From positions 2,680,396 to 2,744,395 of the forward strand of contig BFEA01000041.1 in NCBI GenBank assembly GCA_003427395.1: a stretch of DNA of 64,000 nt, given 5' to 3'. This stretch comes from Chara braunii. Taxonomy: Eukaryota; Plantae; Charophyceae. This document shows positions 1 through 12,552 of the stretch, piece by piece; positions within the stretch are counted from its first letter, which is position 1; each line of letters begins with the position of its first letter. Below the pieces are notes generated by a model. It saw only the letters and a program-made list of their open reading frames with translations. It searched no databases and was not told the origin of the DNA. Both the position numbers and the translations under genes were made by a program.

Positions 1-170
1 GAGGCAGCACCACATCAGCATGCCACGTAGACCAGAGGCAGCGCCACATATACCAGAGGCAGCGCCACATCAGCATGCCACGTAGACCAGAGGCAGCGCC
101 ACATCAGCATGCCACATAGACCATAGGCAGCACTACATATACCAGAGGCAGCGCCACATCAGCATGCCAT
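1..170. repeat. Minisatellite of mixed 34-bp and 21-bp units
   Basis: GAGGCAGCGCCACATCAGCATGCCACGTAGACCA-type 34-mers at 1, 56, 90 and partially at 145; GAGGCAGCGCCACATATACCA-type 21-mers at 35 and 124. Confidence 0.9.
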
Positions 171-884
171 GGCGCACTGAAGAAGCACCGACATGCTGCG
201 TCCATTTTGTGCCGTCGTCCACAACGCTTGTGCACAGCCAGCATGAAGCCAGCGTCGTGTCAAACTCAAGCCAGCGTCAAAGCAGCATAGCAAGACTGAG
301 TGCTTGACTTACTCGAGGTCAGCCTTAAGTAGGCTGTCTGGCCTCGGGTAATTTTCCCACAGTCGTCCAGATTGAATCACAGCTGAGGGCCCGGATTGTA
401 CAGTTGGACACTTCTCCCTTGGACCTGATGCTGTCTGGGTACCTGCATACAAACAAGTGTGTGTGCTTGACCTGCGGCGTGGGCTAGGTACCTTTGGACT
501 TTGACTGTTGTATTTTCCGACAGTTGACTTTGTCAACTGTGCCTCGTCCAGGCCCTGAGTTTTGACTGGGGTCCTTTTCCCCCTTTTTGGCCTGCGTCTT
601 GGTTTCAGCGAGGCTTACTACATGGGTTATTACAACATGGATACAGCCCCCCTTTTTTCTGCGAGGGAGCTGAGTGTGGGCCACATCATTCTATGGTGGC
701 GGCAAAAGCTCTCCCGGTGACTTCCCTTATGAAGCACTGACAGTCTGTGTGATTTCCCAGCAAGTGCTGGTCCCCACAAATAGACCGGAGCAATTACAAA
801 AAAAAAAGAAAAAAAAAAAAGATCATTCTCTTAAACTGCGGATTGCATGCGAACCTGAAAACGGTTTGACTGTTTGTCTCCCTG

Positions 885-1033
885 TAAAGGGACGCTGGGC
901 CCGGTTTCCAGCAGGCGCAGCTCCCCACCAATGGAACGGAGCCATCCAAAAGCGGGAACATTGGAGGGGAAGTCTGCTCGTATCGGCAACCCCTCCACAC
1001 CCGTTGTTGATGTTCCAAAAAAGAAGAAAAAAA
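885..1033 (+). mobile_element. Short poly(A)-tailed retroposon (SINE-like or LINE 3' end), copy 1
   Basis: Core GCTGGGCCCGGTTTCCAGCAGGCGCAGCTCCCCACCAATGG..GGAGCC followed by an A-rich tail at 1017-1033; related cores at ~15491, 17831, 18596, 20291 and 20993. Confidence 0.6.
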
Positions 1034-1046
1034 GTTAAAAATACTG

Positions 1047-1048
<2 letters not shown>

Positions 1049-1087
<39 letters not shown>

Positions 1088-2879
1088 ACCCATGGCAAAT
1101 ACGAGGCCGGGGGCCTCACAATCCACCCGGGGTTATCCTGGGAGCCTTACCCAGTTTGGCTTATGAGCCTCCGCTCGCGGCAGAATCATGTCTGCCCTGA
1201 ACGTTGCCTGTATGTTCTATCCCTTGCCCCGGCGACTGAAGGCACTGTTTAAACCCTAAACCCCCTCCCCTCGATGCAAAAACAGGGGTCAGGCTGGCGT
1301 CTGTCCTGATCGTTACTTGTGTCCTCTACGCCTAACTCAGACAATCGACACCGCCATGTAATCCATAAACCCTCACCACCAAATTGTAAAAGCCTGATCG
1401 TTACTTGTATCTCCTATGCCCATCCCCGACGATCGACACCTCCTTATAACCCCTAAACCCTTACCGCCATATTGCAAAACCCAGGGGTCCGGCTCGCGCC
1501 TGCTCCTTTCAGCCTCGAGGCTGTCAGCTTTGGGTAGTCTTAGCAAGAGCAGGTGCGGATTGCGTTTTTCTGTGTCGGCGGCGTCGCTCTGCTGCTTCAG
1601 TTGGAGTTCAGGCTGATGTCAGGTTGGTGGGTCTGGTCCACTTCCTGTGGGGCTCCCCCTCCTTGATCCTGTTGTTGACCAGGCTCAGCATCAAGTCTCC
1701 ATCTGAGTGTCTGTTCATTTCCTTCGATGCTTCCCAGTTTCCCGGAACCCAGTTGTCATTGCAGAACTTGGTTATGATGTCCTGTTTTTTGGTCGGGTCA
1801 TCCTTGATGAGCCTGAGCTCTTTACACCAAATTGAATCCGCCTGGTATGCGGCCTGCAGGAGTTGGGTAACATTCTGCGATGCTTCCGCTTCCGAGATGT
1901 GTTGGCAGTCTATGGTTTCTGCGCATCGTCTCTTCCATATGGCCCACAATGTCAGTGGTCTGAGTCTGTGGAAGAGCGGTCGTTGCCATTTCTCTGTCAG
2001 CGCTGGATCATCCAGACCCATGAGACGCGTGACGGGGTTGTCTGTTAGCTGCATGCTGGTGACTGTCCTCCAAAGGGCTTCCATTCTGGTCCACACCTGT
2101 CTGGCTTTGTGGCAGTAGAACAAGCAATGTGGCAGGTCTTTGGGCAGGCCCTCTGTGCAGATCGCACAACAATCGTCAAAATCCCTTCTGGTTGCCGTGC
2201 TGCGCCGCCAGCTTAGCCATTTGTTAACTGGGAGAGCGTGGTAGTAGATGAGCCATCGCATGCTTTGGATGCGGGTGTTTCTAACGGCGAGTGGATACTG
2301 GCAAGGGAGCGCCGTATGGCTGTGCATGCTACCTGGGAGGTGCTTCTCCCATCTGGGAATGAGTATCTGGTCTGTACGGACTTGCCTTCTCTGTAGTAGG
2401 TAATCCAGACGAGTGGTATAGTCCAGTAGGCTTGTTTGCCGCTCGATCCGGGATGTTGGGCCTCCTTTTTTCCACGCCCACTCTGCGGGGTCAATTTCCA
2501 AGTCTTGCAGCTGAGTCGCAGGGCTATAGATTTTGTAGAAGTTGTCTTCCACGACTCGAACCTTGTGGAGCAGGGCCGGCCTAGCTGTGACTTGCGCGCG
2601 TACCATCTTCTCGACTATGCTGACCGTCTGGCCTGGGTGGGCTATGTCATGTATGGTCCATAATGGCCAGTCACCTGCCGGGCCTGAAATCTCGACGAAG
2701 AGATTGTTTAATTTATGTATTAGGAAAGGACCATCTCTCATTCCAATTGTTCCTCTCTCCGCACAGCACTGGCCCACCTGCATGGATTGAGAGATGTCGG
2801 CCGTAGATTTCAAAGATTGAGGACCGGCATCTCTGGATCCATGCAAGCATGCCCGCACTCCCCAGATGCAGGAGAGCAA
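1049..2879 (-). mobile_element. 5'-truncated L1-type LINE: ORF2 C-terminus, 3' UTR and poly(A)
   Basis: ORF 1608..2879 has the C-terminal zinc motif CAICTEGLPKDLPHCLFYC and LWAIWKRRC, typical of the L1/Tx1 ORF2 end; the T-run at 1049-1086 is the poly(A) tail of the minus strand; no RT core is present. Confidence 0.85.
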
Positions 2880-3068
2880 GGCGTGTTACTGACAGTGTAG
2901 TAGAGAGGGAAAACAGATATGAAAATACAGGCACAGAAAGTGCACTGAATCCCTACCATTCTTCGCTGCAGCTGACGTGGGTGCAACTCGCCCAGGAAAA
3001 AGAAATGTCAGAGATTCAAGGAAAATCAAATGTGAAACACAGGTGCAACCACTCCATCTCCATTGCCA

Positions 3069-3174
3069 CACCACTCTCGAAATGTGCAAAATGAGAATGA
3101 ACTTCCTGCTAGAACATGGCCACTGGCAGATGCACCCGCCACATTTTTGTCTTCTCCACATTTCGAGAGTGGTG
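3069..3174. repeat. Inverted repeat / hairpin with perfect 18-bp arms
   Basis: CACCACTCTCGAAATGTG (3069-3086) and CACATTTCGAGAGTGGTG (3157-3174). Confidence 0.85.
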
Positions 3175-3488
3175 GGGCGAGACCCTCAGTCTGCATTGGC
3201 AAGAGCTTCAAATCCAGTGGTCTACTTTTCTTATGCGTTTGGTCCTGTATCTTGAACCAATTTTCTGTTCTTCCACATAAGCTCCATTTCAGGGAGAAGT
3301 TCACTCAAAGGGAGGCTGGATTCAAAGTTCACGCACATAAGAAAGGAGGAAAACATGAGAAGGAAGCACTGCCAGGGAGAAAAAGAGTGGGAAGAGCTGT
3401 GTAGGTGTTCGTAATCAGTGTGTGTCAGTGTGTGTCCCTGTCTGTGAAGGGACTTATTAGCCCCTACCTGGGCCTAAGTTCCGCCTAA

Positions 3489-3656
3489 GGGTCTTGCCGC
3501 ACGGCACACGAAATGAAAATGAATCGAGTGCATCTGCCGACCGAAAGGGGCAACATACACTTGTTACAATTTATAGGAAACCGATGAACCTGGCAATTTT
3601 TTGTCGGAAGATACATTCGTTTCGTTTCTCGTTTCGTGTCCCATGCGGCAACGCCC
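3489..3656. mobile_element. Tourist-like (PIF/Harbinger) MITE
   Basis: ~55-bp imperfect TIRs GGGTCTTGCCGCACGGCACACGAAA... / ...TTTCGTGTCCCATGCGGCAACGCCC, flanked by TAA at 3486-3488 and 3657-3659. Confidence 0.9.
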
Positions 3657-5094
3657 TAACACTATTCCATCAATATATATGATTCTATCAGGGTTGAATT
3701 TTTGAGCTCGTGATCTGTCAACAGACTACAGTTGCATGTGTTTACCATACAGTGTCACCCGCATGAACATCTCTTAGTTGTGCTTTGCATTCTTCACTGA
3801 ACACTGTGAAATTCTTTCACCATGATTTTTTTTTTTTTTTTTCCCCATCTCCAGAGAATGTGAATGAAAGGAAACCGACAGGAAAACAGAGCCAGTACCA
3901 AGGAAAAGGAACAGAAAAGAATGCTGCTGGGGAAAACGAGTTCTCTTCAGCACATCTGTCCAATTGCAGTGTGTAACGAACCTCCTTCCATAGAGAAACG
4001 GACCGACAACTCGCAGAAACAACTTGAAGAGGGGACTGTGCAGAAACAGAGAGTTTAGTTTGGTGATCCCCCCTTCCCCCCCTCTCTCCCCCGTTTGCCC
4101 GAACTAAGTTATATTCTTCTTTCAATTCACCTTTTACAGTTTTACTACCAATCCACCACAACTCCTGAGTCCTAACCCTACACAGCGTAACCTGCTAGCA
4201 TAGCTACACTCTCACAATCAAGGGGATGCATGTTGGCCCCTGGCCTGATCGGCAGTGGTTAGGGAGTAGGGTGGGGCCGCTGGTGGAGGGGAGTGGTAAT
4301 GCAAAGACTCAGTATTTTTTCCCAACATCTGCAACTCCCATCTACTTCCCTTGTCCCCGTCATCATCTGATTATACGCGGCCGTTTGTCGACTGTTTGTG
4401 GTCCATTGTGGAATGTCCGTGCGGGAGACAGCGTGGTGCAGCGGCGAAGGGCACAAGTGCTTTGGGCGGGTGTGGGAAAAAAACAAAAAATGACAAAAAG
4501 CGTCCCAGTTCGAAATTTGAATTTCAAGCTGCGGGGAGGGATGACGGGTATGGGCAGCGAGTTTTGGCAACACGGGGCACAGGGCTTTTTACCCCAGCGA
4601 CGCCGTCGACAAGAACTTCATCAGTGGTGTTCGGTTGCACACCATTGCCTCCTTCAGTGACAGTGCGCGGCACGGGAGTGCGAAGCGCAATTACAGTGTG
4701 TGCAGAGGTCTAATGGTGTCCGTGGCTGCGTTTGGCTGTTCTGTGGACACGCCTTGTCGCTGACGTGCCTGTGTGGACGTCGACATTGGTGACGCGTCGG
4801 TGAGGAAGACCATCATGGCGGCTTGGCACCTTTTCTGTGCTGGCGTCGGGAATAGACAGCGGCGGGAGACACAGTCATCGGGTGTAAACAACCGCAGCGA
4901 AGCGGCAGTGTTGGTTGTCGTCGTCTGCTGCCAGGGAGAGAGGGCGTTGGGGGGAATGAAGGCGAAGCTGTTGAGGCCAAGGCAACGCCTTCTGATCCAG
5001 CAAGTGCTTGATTCCCTTGATTGTGTGGCGACTTTGGAGGCCATGATCCAACTGTGCTCTGCGATAGTGTGTGTTGTACTTCCTCGAGTGACGC

Positions 5095-5686
5095 CAAGGT
5101 GGTGGATGAAACGGAGGCCGGAGGAACATGGAAAGATCGCCGCTAGTATTTAGGGAGATCACGGAGGTGTGTGCTCCTCATCTGCAACGTGAGGTGATGT
5201 TCTACAGAGAGCCACTCCTGCTTGAGTATATCGTCGCGCATGCGCTCTATCAGTGGGCGGCAGGAGAAATGTATGATAGGAGCACGTCCTCCTTCGGCAT
5301 TGGTAGAGCTTTTCTGGTCTCATAGCAGTTCACGACAGCACCACAGCCCTGTTGAGGGTGTCCGCCAACAAGATATCGTGGCCGCCGGCGGTGCGCAAGC
5401 TTGTCAACCTGTGGGCATACACCGAGAAAGGCTTGCCCAATTGGCATGGCGCCGTCGACTGCACACACGTCTACGTGGACAAGCCGGTGAACGCTCCCAA
5501 CAAAAAATACTTCGATCGAAAGCATCGTTTCTCCGCCGTTGCTCAGGTGGTGGTCAACCTAATCTTCCTCGTGGTTGACGTGCAGATGGGATATCCGGGC
5601 AGTAGGCATGACACCAGGGTGATTCAACTATTGAGTTTGTGGACACGCGCCAAAGAAGGGATGCTTTTTCATGGGCCGCTCGTGAC
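5095..5686 (+). pseudogene. PIF/Harbinger DDE transposase fragment, frameshifted and truncated by the LTR insertion
   Basis: LPNWHGAVDCTHV...YFDRKHRFSAVAQVVV...GYPGSRHD matches HARBI1/DDE_Tnp_4 motifs; upstream pieces RWWMKRR and ALYQWAAGE..SSFGIG lie in other frames. Confidence 0.85.
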
Positions 5687-6709
5687 TGTGACGAACCGAT
5701 TTCTGTCCCGCGCGATTTTCTGCGCAATGATAATGAGGGGTCCTAAGATGGGAAGGATGGGCCAATTACGGGAGATTGGGATTGAAGGGAAATTGCACCG
5801 GTGTCCTTGCTTCTTCGTCTTTTCTTTTCCGTCACTTCTTTTCGAATGGCTGGGTTCAGGGCCGGGCAAGTCTCGAGATGGTCGATTGAGTAGGCTATCG
5901 CACCGACAAAGGCGCAACTAATAATGTTTGACGTCGCTTCTTCCTTGTTCTGTTGTCGGATTTTAGGCTCGGAGGTCGCGCGGGAATTTTGCTTCGTTCT
6001 TTTTGAATTTTCTTTTCGAATCTTGTCGAGCCTTGATGGCTCTCGGAACTTCGGACTTTCTTTTCGGAAGTTGTGCTTTTTGCATTAGTTAGGAATTTAG
6101 GAATTTAGGATTTCTTTTGCCGCGCGCTGCCTCATTGCTCGCACACTTCTTTTTGCGGCTGCAACGGAGCTTTGATTAGTCGGCGCCCTTAATCTTGCAA
6201 GTAAATGTGACTTTGGGCGGGCACCATTGTCACTGTATCTTTCTTCTTGAGCTTCGTCTTTCCTGCCCTCTCTCTCTCTCTTGCTGTGACTATCTGGCCC
6301 GCAGCCTGCATGATCCGATCGTTGCTTGGAGAGTGGTTGCGTCCCCCACGCCGTTGTCTGGCCATGCAAACCGTAGGCGCTCCCTCTCCTAATCTCCTTT
6401 CTAAGTCCTTGCAATTCCGTGTTCTTCGCGCATGCATGCACGCTATAAATCCCGGTTGCGCGATTAGATAGCTCTCTTAACCAGTTGTTGAAAGCTCGGG
6501 GCAGCGCGATCAGTGAGGGTCGTCTCACGAGCGAAGCAAGAGGTAAGTTGAAGTGGGAGTCGGGCGACCCGACGAGCTGGTGCCGAATGCGTGGGATTGA
6601 TGCGTGGGGCTACGACGGACTGTAGCGCGCGGGCGAACCTGACGGGTGCAGGAGGGCTAAGAGGGGTGACGATTTCGTGGGTTGGTGCGTGACGACAGAC
6701 TGTCTGCAT

Positions 6710-6804
<95 letters not shown>

Positions 6805-8172
6805 AGAGAGCTGAGGTTGATGGACGTGGATTTGCAATTTTCTTTGTCTTGTCTCTCTCCTTACTTTTGTATATAAATTTTGATCTCGGCTCAGGGCGAT
6901 TCGCCCATCTTTTTGTTTTCGGAATCTTGGCTTTGACTTCAACCTACACTCGTTTTGCGATTGATTTTTGATCTCGTTTATTGTGCGTTCTGTAACTTCT
7001 GTCGGATGAATGGATGTATGAATGACATGTTTTGCCGGTTTTTCCTGCCCGGTCATCATCATTGCTTGCCATTTTGATGCACTGTTAGCAGAATAGGAGT
7101 TCTGATATTGTTGTGACGTCTGATGTATGATGACACCTTGCATGCTCAGGAATGGCTGCTTGTAGGATCACTGAGTGATTAGATGATTGGGTAGTTGTCT
7201 GTGTCGCGTAGCGATTTAGCATGACTAGAAGCAAACGAATACCTCGTGAGGCTACGTATAAGCGTGATCCGATCTGCGTAGCAAACACGTATCCACGCAC
7301 GGCGATCCTCGACATTTCTGACATCTCCGTACCCGATAAGCAGGAATTTTCCTTCCCCCACACACCTAAACGGATAGGAATTTCCGATATCACATCGGGA
7401 AAATCCCCTTGCCAGTTAGATGCGCGCGGAAGGCTTCCATTACCCCGCAATGACAAGATGCTGAGCTCCTGGGACTCGGAATACTTCGACCCTTGGGTGA
7501 GAGAGTGTATTAGGCAAAGATACCCGGAATTCCCCTTCCTAACCGAGAATCGATTGTGCCCCAGGGAGTTTCACTGTGCCATAACCAGCGACCCAAGGTG
7601 CCCCGATTTTCCCACTATGTATAACACGCAATACTGCATATCCCCCGACTTTGTCGTCATCGCTACCAATTTCCCTCCCTTTCGTCTCCTCCTCTCGTAT
7701 CACCTACTCACGGTGGTTCTGTGGAATTCCATCGCCCCATATTGGCCCCGCACACCCTGCAGAAATTGTCGGCGACACGGCAACCGACGAGCCTCTGGAA
7801 CTACGGGGCCTAACCAAAACGCGCGACGACAGATGCCCCGTGTCTGCACCCGAAGATCTGACTCATTGGAATCCCAACCCTCCCGAGCGGGCCTCTCCCC
7901 GGACCGCCGCCACCAAAACAGACGGAGCGGACGGCCTTAAATGCACCGCGCATGCCATCTGCCTTATGCTATACGACCCCGATCGCCATCAGACCGGAAG
8001 TAACTCGCCCCCTTTGCTCTGTTGCATCTATGCCCCTGAAACTTTGCCACAAGAGATCTTAGTTCCGACCTGGGACTCCACCCCCATTTTCCCCAAAAAT
8101 CCTTGGCACACCCCTTTTCGCACTTCCAGGCCCACATCCCACTCCGATCAGGAAGTTGCGCCGGGCGTGAGG
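5687..8172 (+). repeat. 5' LTR of A1 (~2.5 kb, includes a (GA)n tract at 6712-6801)
   Basis: Starts with TGTGAC where Harbinger similarity stops and ends just before the PBS; 5930-6320 and 7460-8172 are homologous to the A2 LTR at 63005-63910 and 61252-62030. Confidence 0.75.
7458..7790 (+). CDS. Conserved LTR-encoded ORF of unknown function (conserved core of track ORF 7221..7940)
   Basis: PEFPFLTEN..C..FH.AITSDPR.PD.P...NTQY.ISP.FVVI...FPPF.LLL.YH.LTVV.WNSIA.YWPR..CxxC is shared with 52122..52643 and 61632..62030, with many third-position changes. Confidence 0.6.
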
Positions 8173-8173
8173 T

Positions 8174-8186
8174 TGGTATCGGAGCC
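8174..8186 (+). promoter_or_regulatory. Primer-binding site, tRNA-iMet type
   Basis: TGGTATCGGAGCC, one mismatch from the canonical plant TGGTATCAGAGC. Confidence 0.85.
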
Positions 8187-8418
8187 CGACACGTGGCAGG
8201 GTTACAGGATTCTTTAGGACGATAAACTAAGCGATCTGGCTAACAGGGGACAACCTCGACCCAGGAACGTGCATCGACGCGACCCCGTCGTTACTAGAAG
8301 CCGGTCTGCGGCTCGATGGGTGGTCAACATGAACGTTAATCAATAGAACCCGAATCCACAACAAAACCCCAACCAACATGTAAATCCTAATCAACCCGTA
8401 CCACGAGCACGGGCTCCT

Positions 8419-9583
8419 TTGATGCCGCCCGATCTCTATCTGTTCGATCCATCTCATCATCTCGTAGGAGCATGGCTGGCCAAACTCCGGGCTCAGCAGT
8501 ACAATGATAACGAGGCACAGGTGAACATTCCCGCCCGATTGGGAGGAGATGCCCATCACTGGTTTAGTACCTATGTATGGGTCGATCTCCCGACATTCGA
8601 GCGAGATTTTCTAAACAGGTTTGACTTTATCCACCTGGAACAGGCCCTTTTCATGATTAAAGACCGGGTTCAAAAACCCCTCGAATCTGTCACCGAGTAT
8701 CGAAATGGATTTTACAGGATGTTTGTGAAAACGGAACGAGGCGAACAGGTAGGCAGAGATTTTTTTATCGATGGGCTTCACAGCAGAATGATGAGGGCGA
8801 AACTGCGACAACAGTTCTGTCCCATCAATCACACGCTGCAACAGATCATGGCAGCCGCAGAGAAATGGAACGAAAGTTCGCTGCGAGTTTCCTAGAAGGG
8901 GAAGACTACCCTAGGGAAGGAGACTCGTCCGAACTAGCGAGAGCTAAAGCTGAGCTGGCTGCACTGCAGAACAAATTTGAAAACATGGGGTTTGTGTGGT
9001 CTCAGTCACCTATCTAGAACAGATTGGTCCCAAACGATCGGTCCTGAGTGTGATTACAAGCATGCTCGTTCCTGTAATGACGACACCCCCGCCTTCGATC
9101 GAAACCCCCGCACGACCGAATGAGTCTTCCGCCCTATTGGAACTAACCAAAACACTGGTCAATCTGATTCAGGAAAGCAAAAAGGAAGAGTGGGAACACA
9201 ATGCTCGGATAGAAGCAGTGATGAGGTCGATGCGACCAATAGCGTTGCGTGCCGCCCCGATTCAACAGGGGCTGGCTCCGGCAACCCCTCCCGCAGGGAT
9301 CCTTGGCAATCTAAATGTCTGTTACACGTGTCATCAGCCAGGGCACATAGCCCGAGATTGCCCCCATCGACCCCCCCAGCAGCGAGTCGGAGCCGCACCA
9401 GTAGTGGCAGCCCCGATCGCTAACGGACCGGGACGGGTAGGGGCACTGATGGAAGAAATAGAAGGAGGCGGAAGCACATTAGCTACGACGGAGGAAGCCA
9501 CTGAACTAATCCCGTTGGATCAGTATGTAACGCTTCGTTATTCAGGGCTTGGGATGATTGGAACGATTAGACCCGTGCCATAA
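8419..9583 (+). pseudogene. gag: gag, broken by stops/frameshifts
   Basis: Gag-like core (AHHWF...FERDFLNRF...QKPLESVTEY) and CCHC knuckle CYTCHQPGHIARDC. Confidence 0.85.
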
Positions 9584-9622
9584 CAAAGGGAAGTGGCAGA
9601 ATGACGACCTTCTCCAGGGGAA

Positions 9623-12552
9623 ATGGAGTCGGGAGGACCCACCTTCGTCACGGGAGAAATCGATGTTTTGAACATCATGCGAGCTTCAGATCATCGGATT
9701 CCTCTTCCGATTGGTCATCTACTTTTGATATCGGAACAAGCTAATGAAGGAATGCTGCAACATTGCAAGACGAACCGGAAACGATTCGCCCTTGCCCGAA
9801 CAGCGAGCACAAAAGCGAAAAACCCCACGGCAGATGAAAATACAGCAGGTCCATCAGACCCGATACGATTAGGATTGATTCAAAAAGATGATCATTTCCT
9901 AAGGATTAAACCAATCCCATGGAAATCCGCAGAATGCGATATCGAGGTATGGGGAATCCCGTACAACGCTATCATTGATTCTGGAGCCGTTGTTTTGGCT
10001 ATCTCATTACGAGTAATTGAAAGGTCAGGTAGAAAGAATGATCTAATTATGCTTACGGAAAAGGATCAGCTCGTTTCAGCAGACGAAAAAAAGATTAAAA
10101 CAGTGGGACGAATGACCAATGTTGCTTTCCGGTTAGGGAAAGTACATGATTTGGGAGATGTCGTAGTTTTAGACGTAAGTACTTACGACGTCCTATTCGG
10201 CCTTCCCGATCTTGTGGCCTTGCGAGCCAATCTGGATTTCGAAAGACAATCGATTGTCCTCCAAAATACAGGAGCAAAGCCTTATGCTGTACCTATGAGA
10301 CTGACTCTTCGAACTATGGCTAATGTAACCCCGCGAGTATCTCCAATAATGGTGGGAACTCTTCGCGTGATTATCTGGGACAACTCTGCCGACGGTGAGC
10401 AATCTTCGAAGGACGCAGATAGTAGTGACGAAGACGATCCAGTAATTATGAAAATGGCACAACAGCGTATCTATTACCCTGTGCAACGAGCAAACACAAG
10501 ATCGCTAAGCCTGACTGATCAAAGTCTACAAAGAACGCAAGTCATGATTATGGGTGAACCCTTCGTACAGATTTCGAGGATGGTCGATTATTTGGAACCC
10601 CCTCAAACCCTGTACGAAGGAATCTCCCCTTTGCTCGCACGATATAATGACAAAAGTCACTACTGCGACATCACGGAACTCCCACGATCTCTTTTGACAC
10701 ATGCCAAAGAGATACGATTATTACGCCTAGGGGCGGAGACCAATTTTTTGGAACCCCCTGAGCGCCTCGAAACTGGGCTCGGAATCAACATCGCAACGAA
10801 ACCTGTGTCATGGTAGGACATTCGAGACGAAATTACACCGGAAGAACACGTGGCCATTCGAGAACAGGACGCACAAATGATGGCCACAGTATTCTTCTGG
10901 CGATCGGATAATTCGTTTATTTCTGCGCCCCCGCCCGAAAACACTAAGCGGGTGAGTATGAAACACATCGATGTACGGATATGGGATGAACTATACGAGT
11001 TGCACGTGCCCCAATATGTGCCTAATGAGATCCATCATCCAATCGCGAAAATCTGAAAGAGTACAAAGGAGTGATTAGTCTGACAGACACAGACATTGGA
11101 CTGTCGTTAGTCATACAACACGAGATTCAAACCGGAAACCATCCCCCGATTCACTGTAAGCCCTACAGATACTCCCTGGTTGAACTGAAAATGACCCTTG
11201 AGCGGATTCGGGAATTCGAAGCTAATGGTTGGATCGAACCCGCCACTGGGCCATGGTCATTCTCAGTAGTATTGGTGCCGAAAAAGAACGGATCGATTCG
11301 CATATGCATTAATTATCGCAAGTTGAATGACATCACGATTAAAGATATGTACCCCCTTCCCAGAATTGATGATTTGCTGGATGCAATTGCAATGGTTGTG
11401 CTAATTATTTTAGAAAAATTTGATAGTCGTCACGACTTCCATCACATTCTGGTTAAGGAGGAAGATCGACCGAGAACGACTTTTGTACTATTCGAAGGCA
11501 CGTGGCAGTGCGTTCGATGTCCGATGGGGACTTGCAACGCGCCTGCCATGTTTCAGCGGGCTATGAACGTGACATTCCAGAACTTCGTCAACAAGACACG
11601 ACTGACTTAGGGATGATTAACTTCTGCGCCATCGTGTACATGGACGACATCCTCGTCTACTCGGAGACCTTTCACGGGCATGCCCAACACATTGAACGGA
11701 CTGAGAGACACTGGGTTCAAGATCGCGCTCGAGAAGAGCGAGCTTTTCCTCTCGGAGATCTCGTTCTTGGGTTACGTAGTGACACGTGGAGGACTGCGAC
11801 CAGACTCGAGGAAGGTCGCGGCGGTGAAAGATGCTCTTGTCCCCACGTCAATGACGCAGGTTCGAGCTTTCCTGAGACTAGCATCGTACTACCGACGTTT
11901 TATCAAAGGCTTCGTTGCGATTGCGCGACCACCGACGAATCTGCTGCGAAAGGACCAGCCCTTTAGTTGGGACACAAAGTGCGAGCAGGCCTTCGCCACC
12001 CTCAAAGGCGCTTTGGCGACCGCACCTGTTTTTATCTGGCCGGACCCTACGAAGCAATTCATTCTTATCACAGACTGGCAGCCAGAAGCGATCTTCGCTA
12101 TTCTAGCGCAGAAGGGGAACAACGGTCGAGAACACGTCATTGAATACGCATCTCGCACGGTGTCAGACGAACAAAGGAACGACTCAGCCCCGCAAGGTGA
12201 ATTCTATGCCATAGTCCGGGGAATCCAACACTTCCATCCATACTTGTACGGGCATAAGTTTCTCCTTGTAACCGATCACGAGTCATTACTGACTCTCAAG
12301 AAGCTCACTAATTACACGGGTATGATTGGATGGTGGGCGGTGCGCCTACAGGAACACGACTTCGACATCATCCATCGAAAGACAGAGAGGCATGGCAACG
12401 CGGATGGGTTGACACATCTGCATCACCCCGCTAAGGTACCGAAGCGCGAAGAAATCATTTTGTGGAAGGAACCGGAGTCAGCGAACGGACCCAAGTACGG
12501 ACAAGTGGCAGTCCTTCCACGTGGCAAGAGGCAGGTAATTGGCAATGGGTGA
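9623..12552 (+). pseudogene. pol: pol: aspartic protease, reverse transcriptase and RNase H (broken)
   Basis: AIIDSGA (protease); VVLVPKKNGSIRICINYRKLN..YPLPRIDDLL and YMDD (RT); FILITDW..EYASR..LVTDH..HGNADGL (RNase H). Confidence 0.92.

Noticed and set aside
674-1252. 192-aa ORF and overlapping poly-K/poly-F ORFs
   Set aside because: They translate poly(A)/(T) tails of retroposons and show no domain signal
1040-2890. TSD for the LINE (TACTGTC vs TACTGAC)
   Set aside because: Too short and mismatched to distinguish from chance
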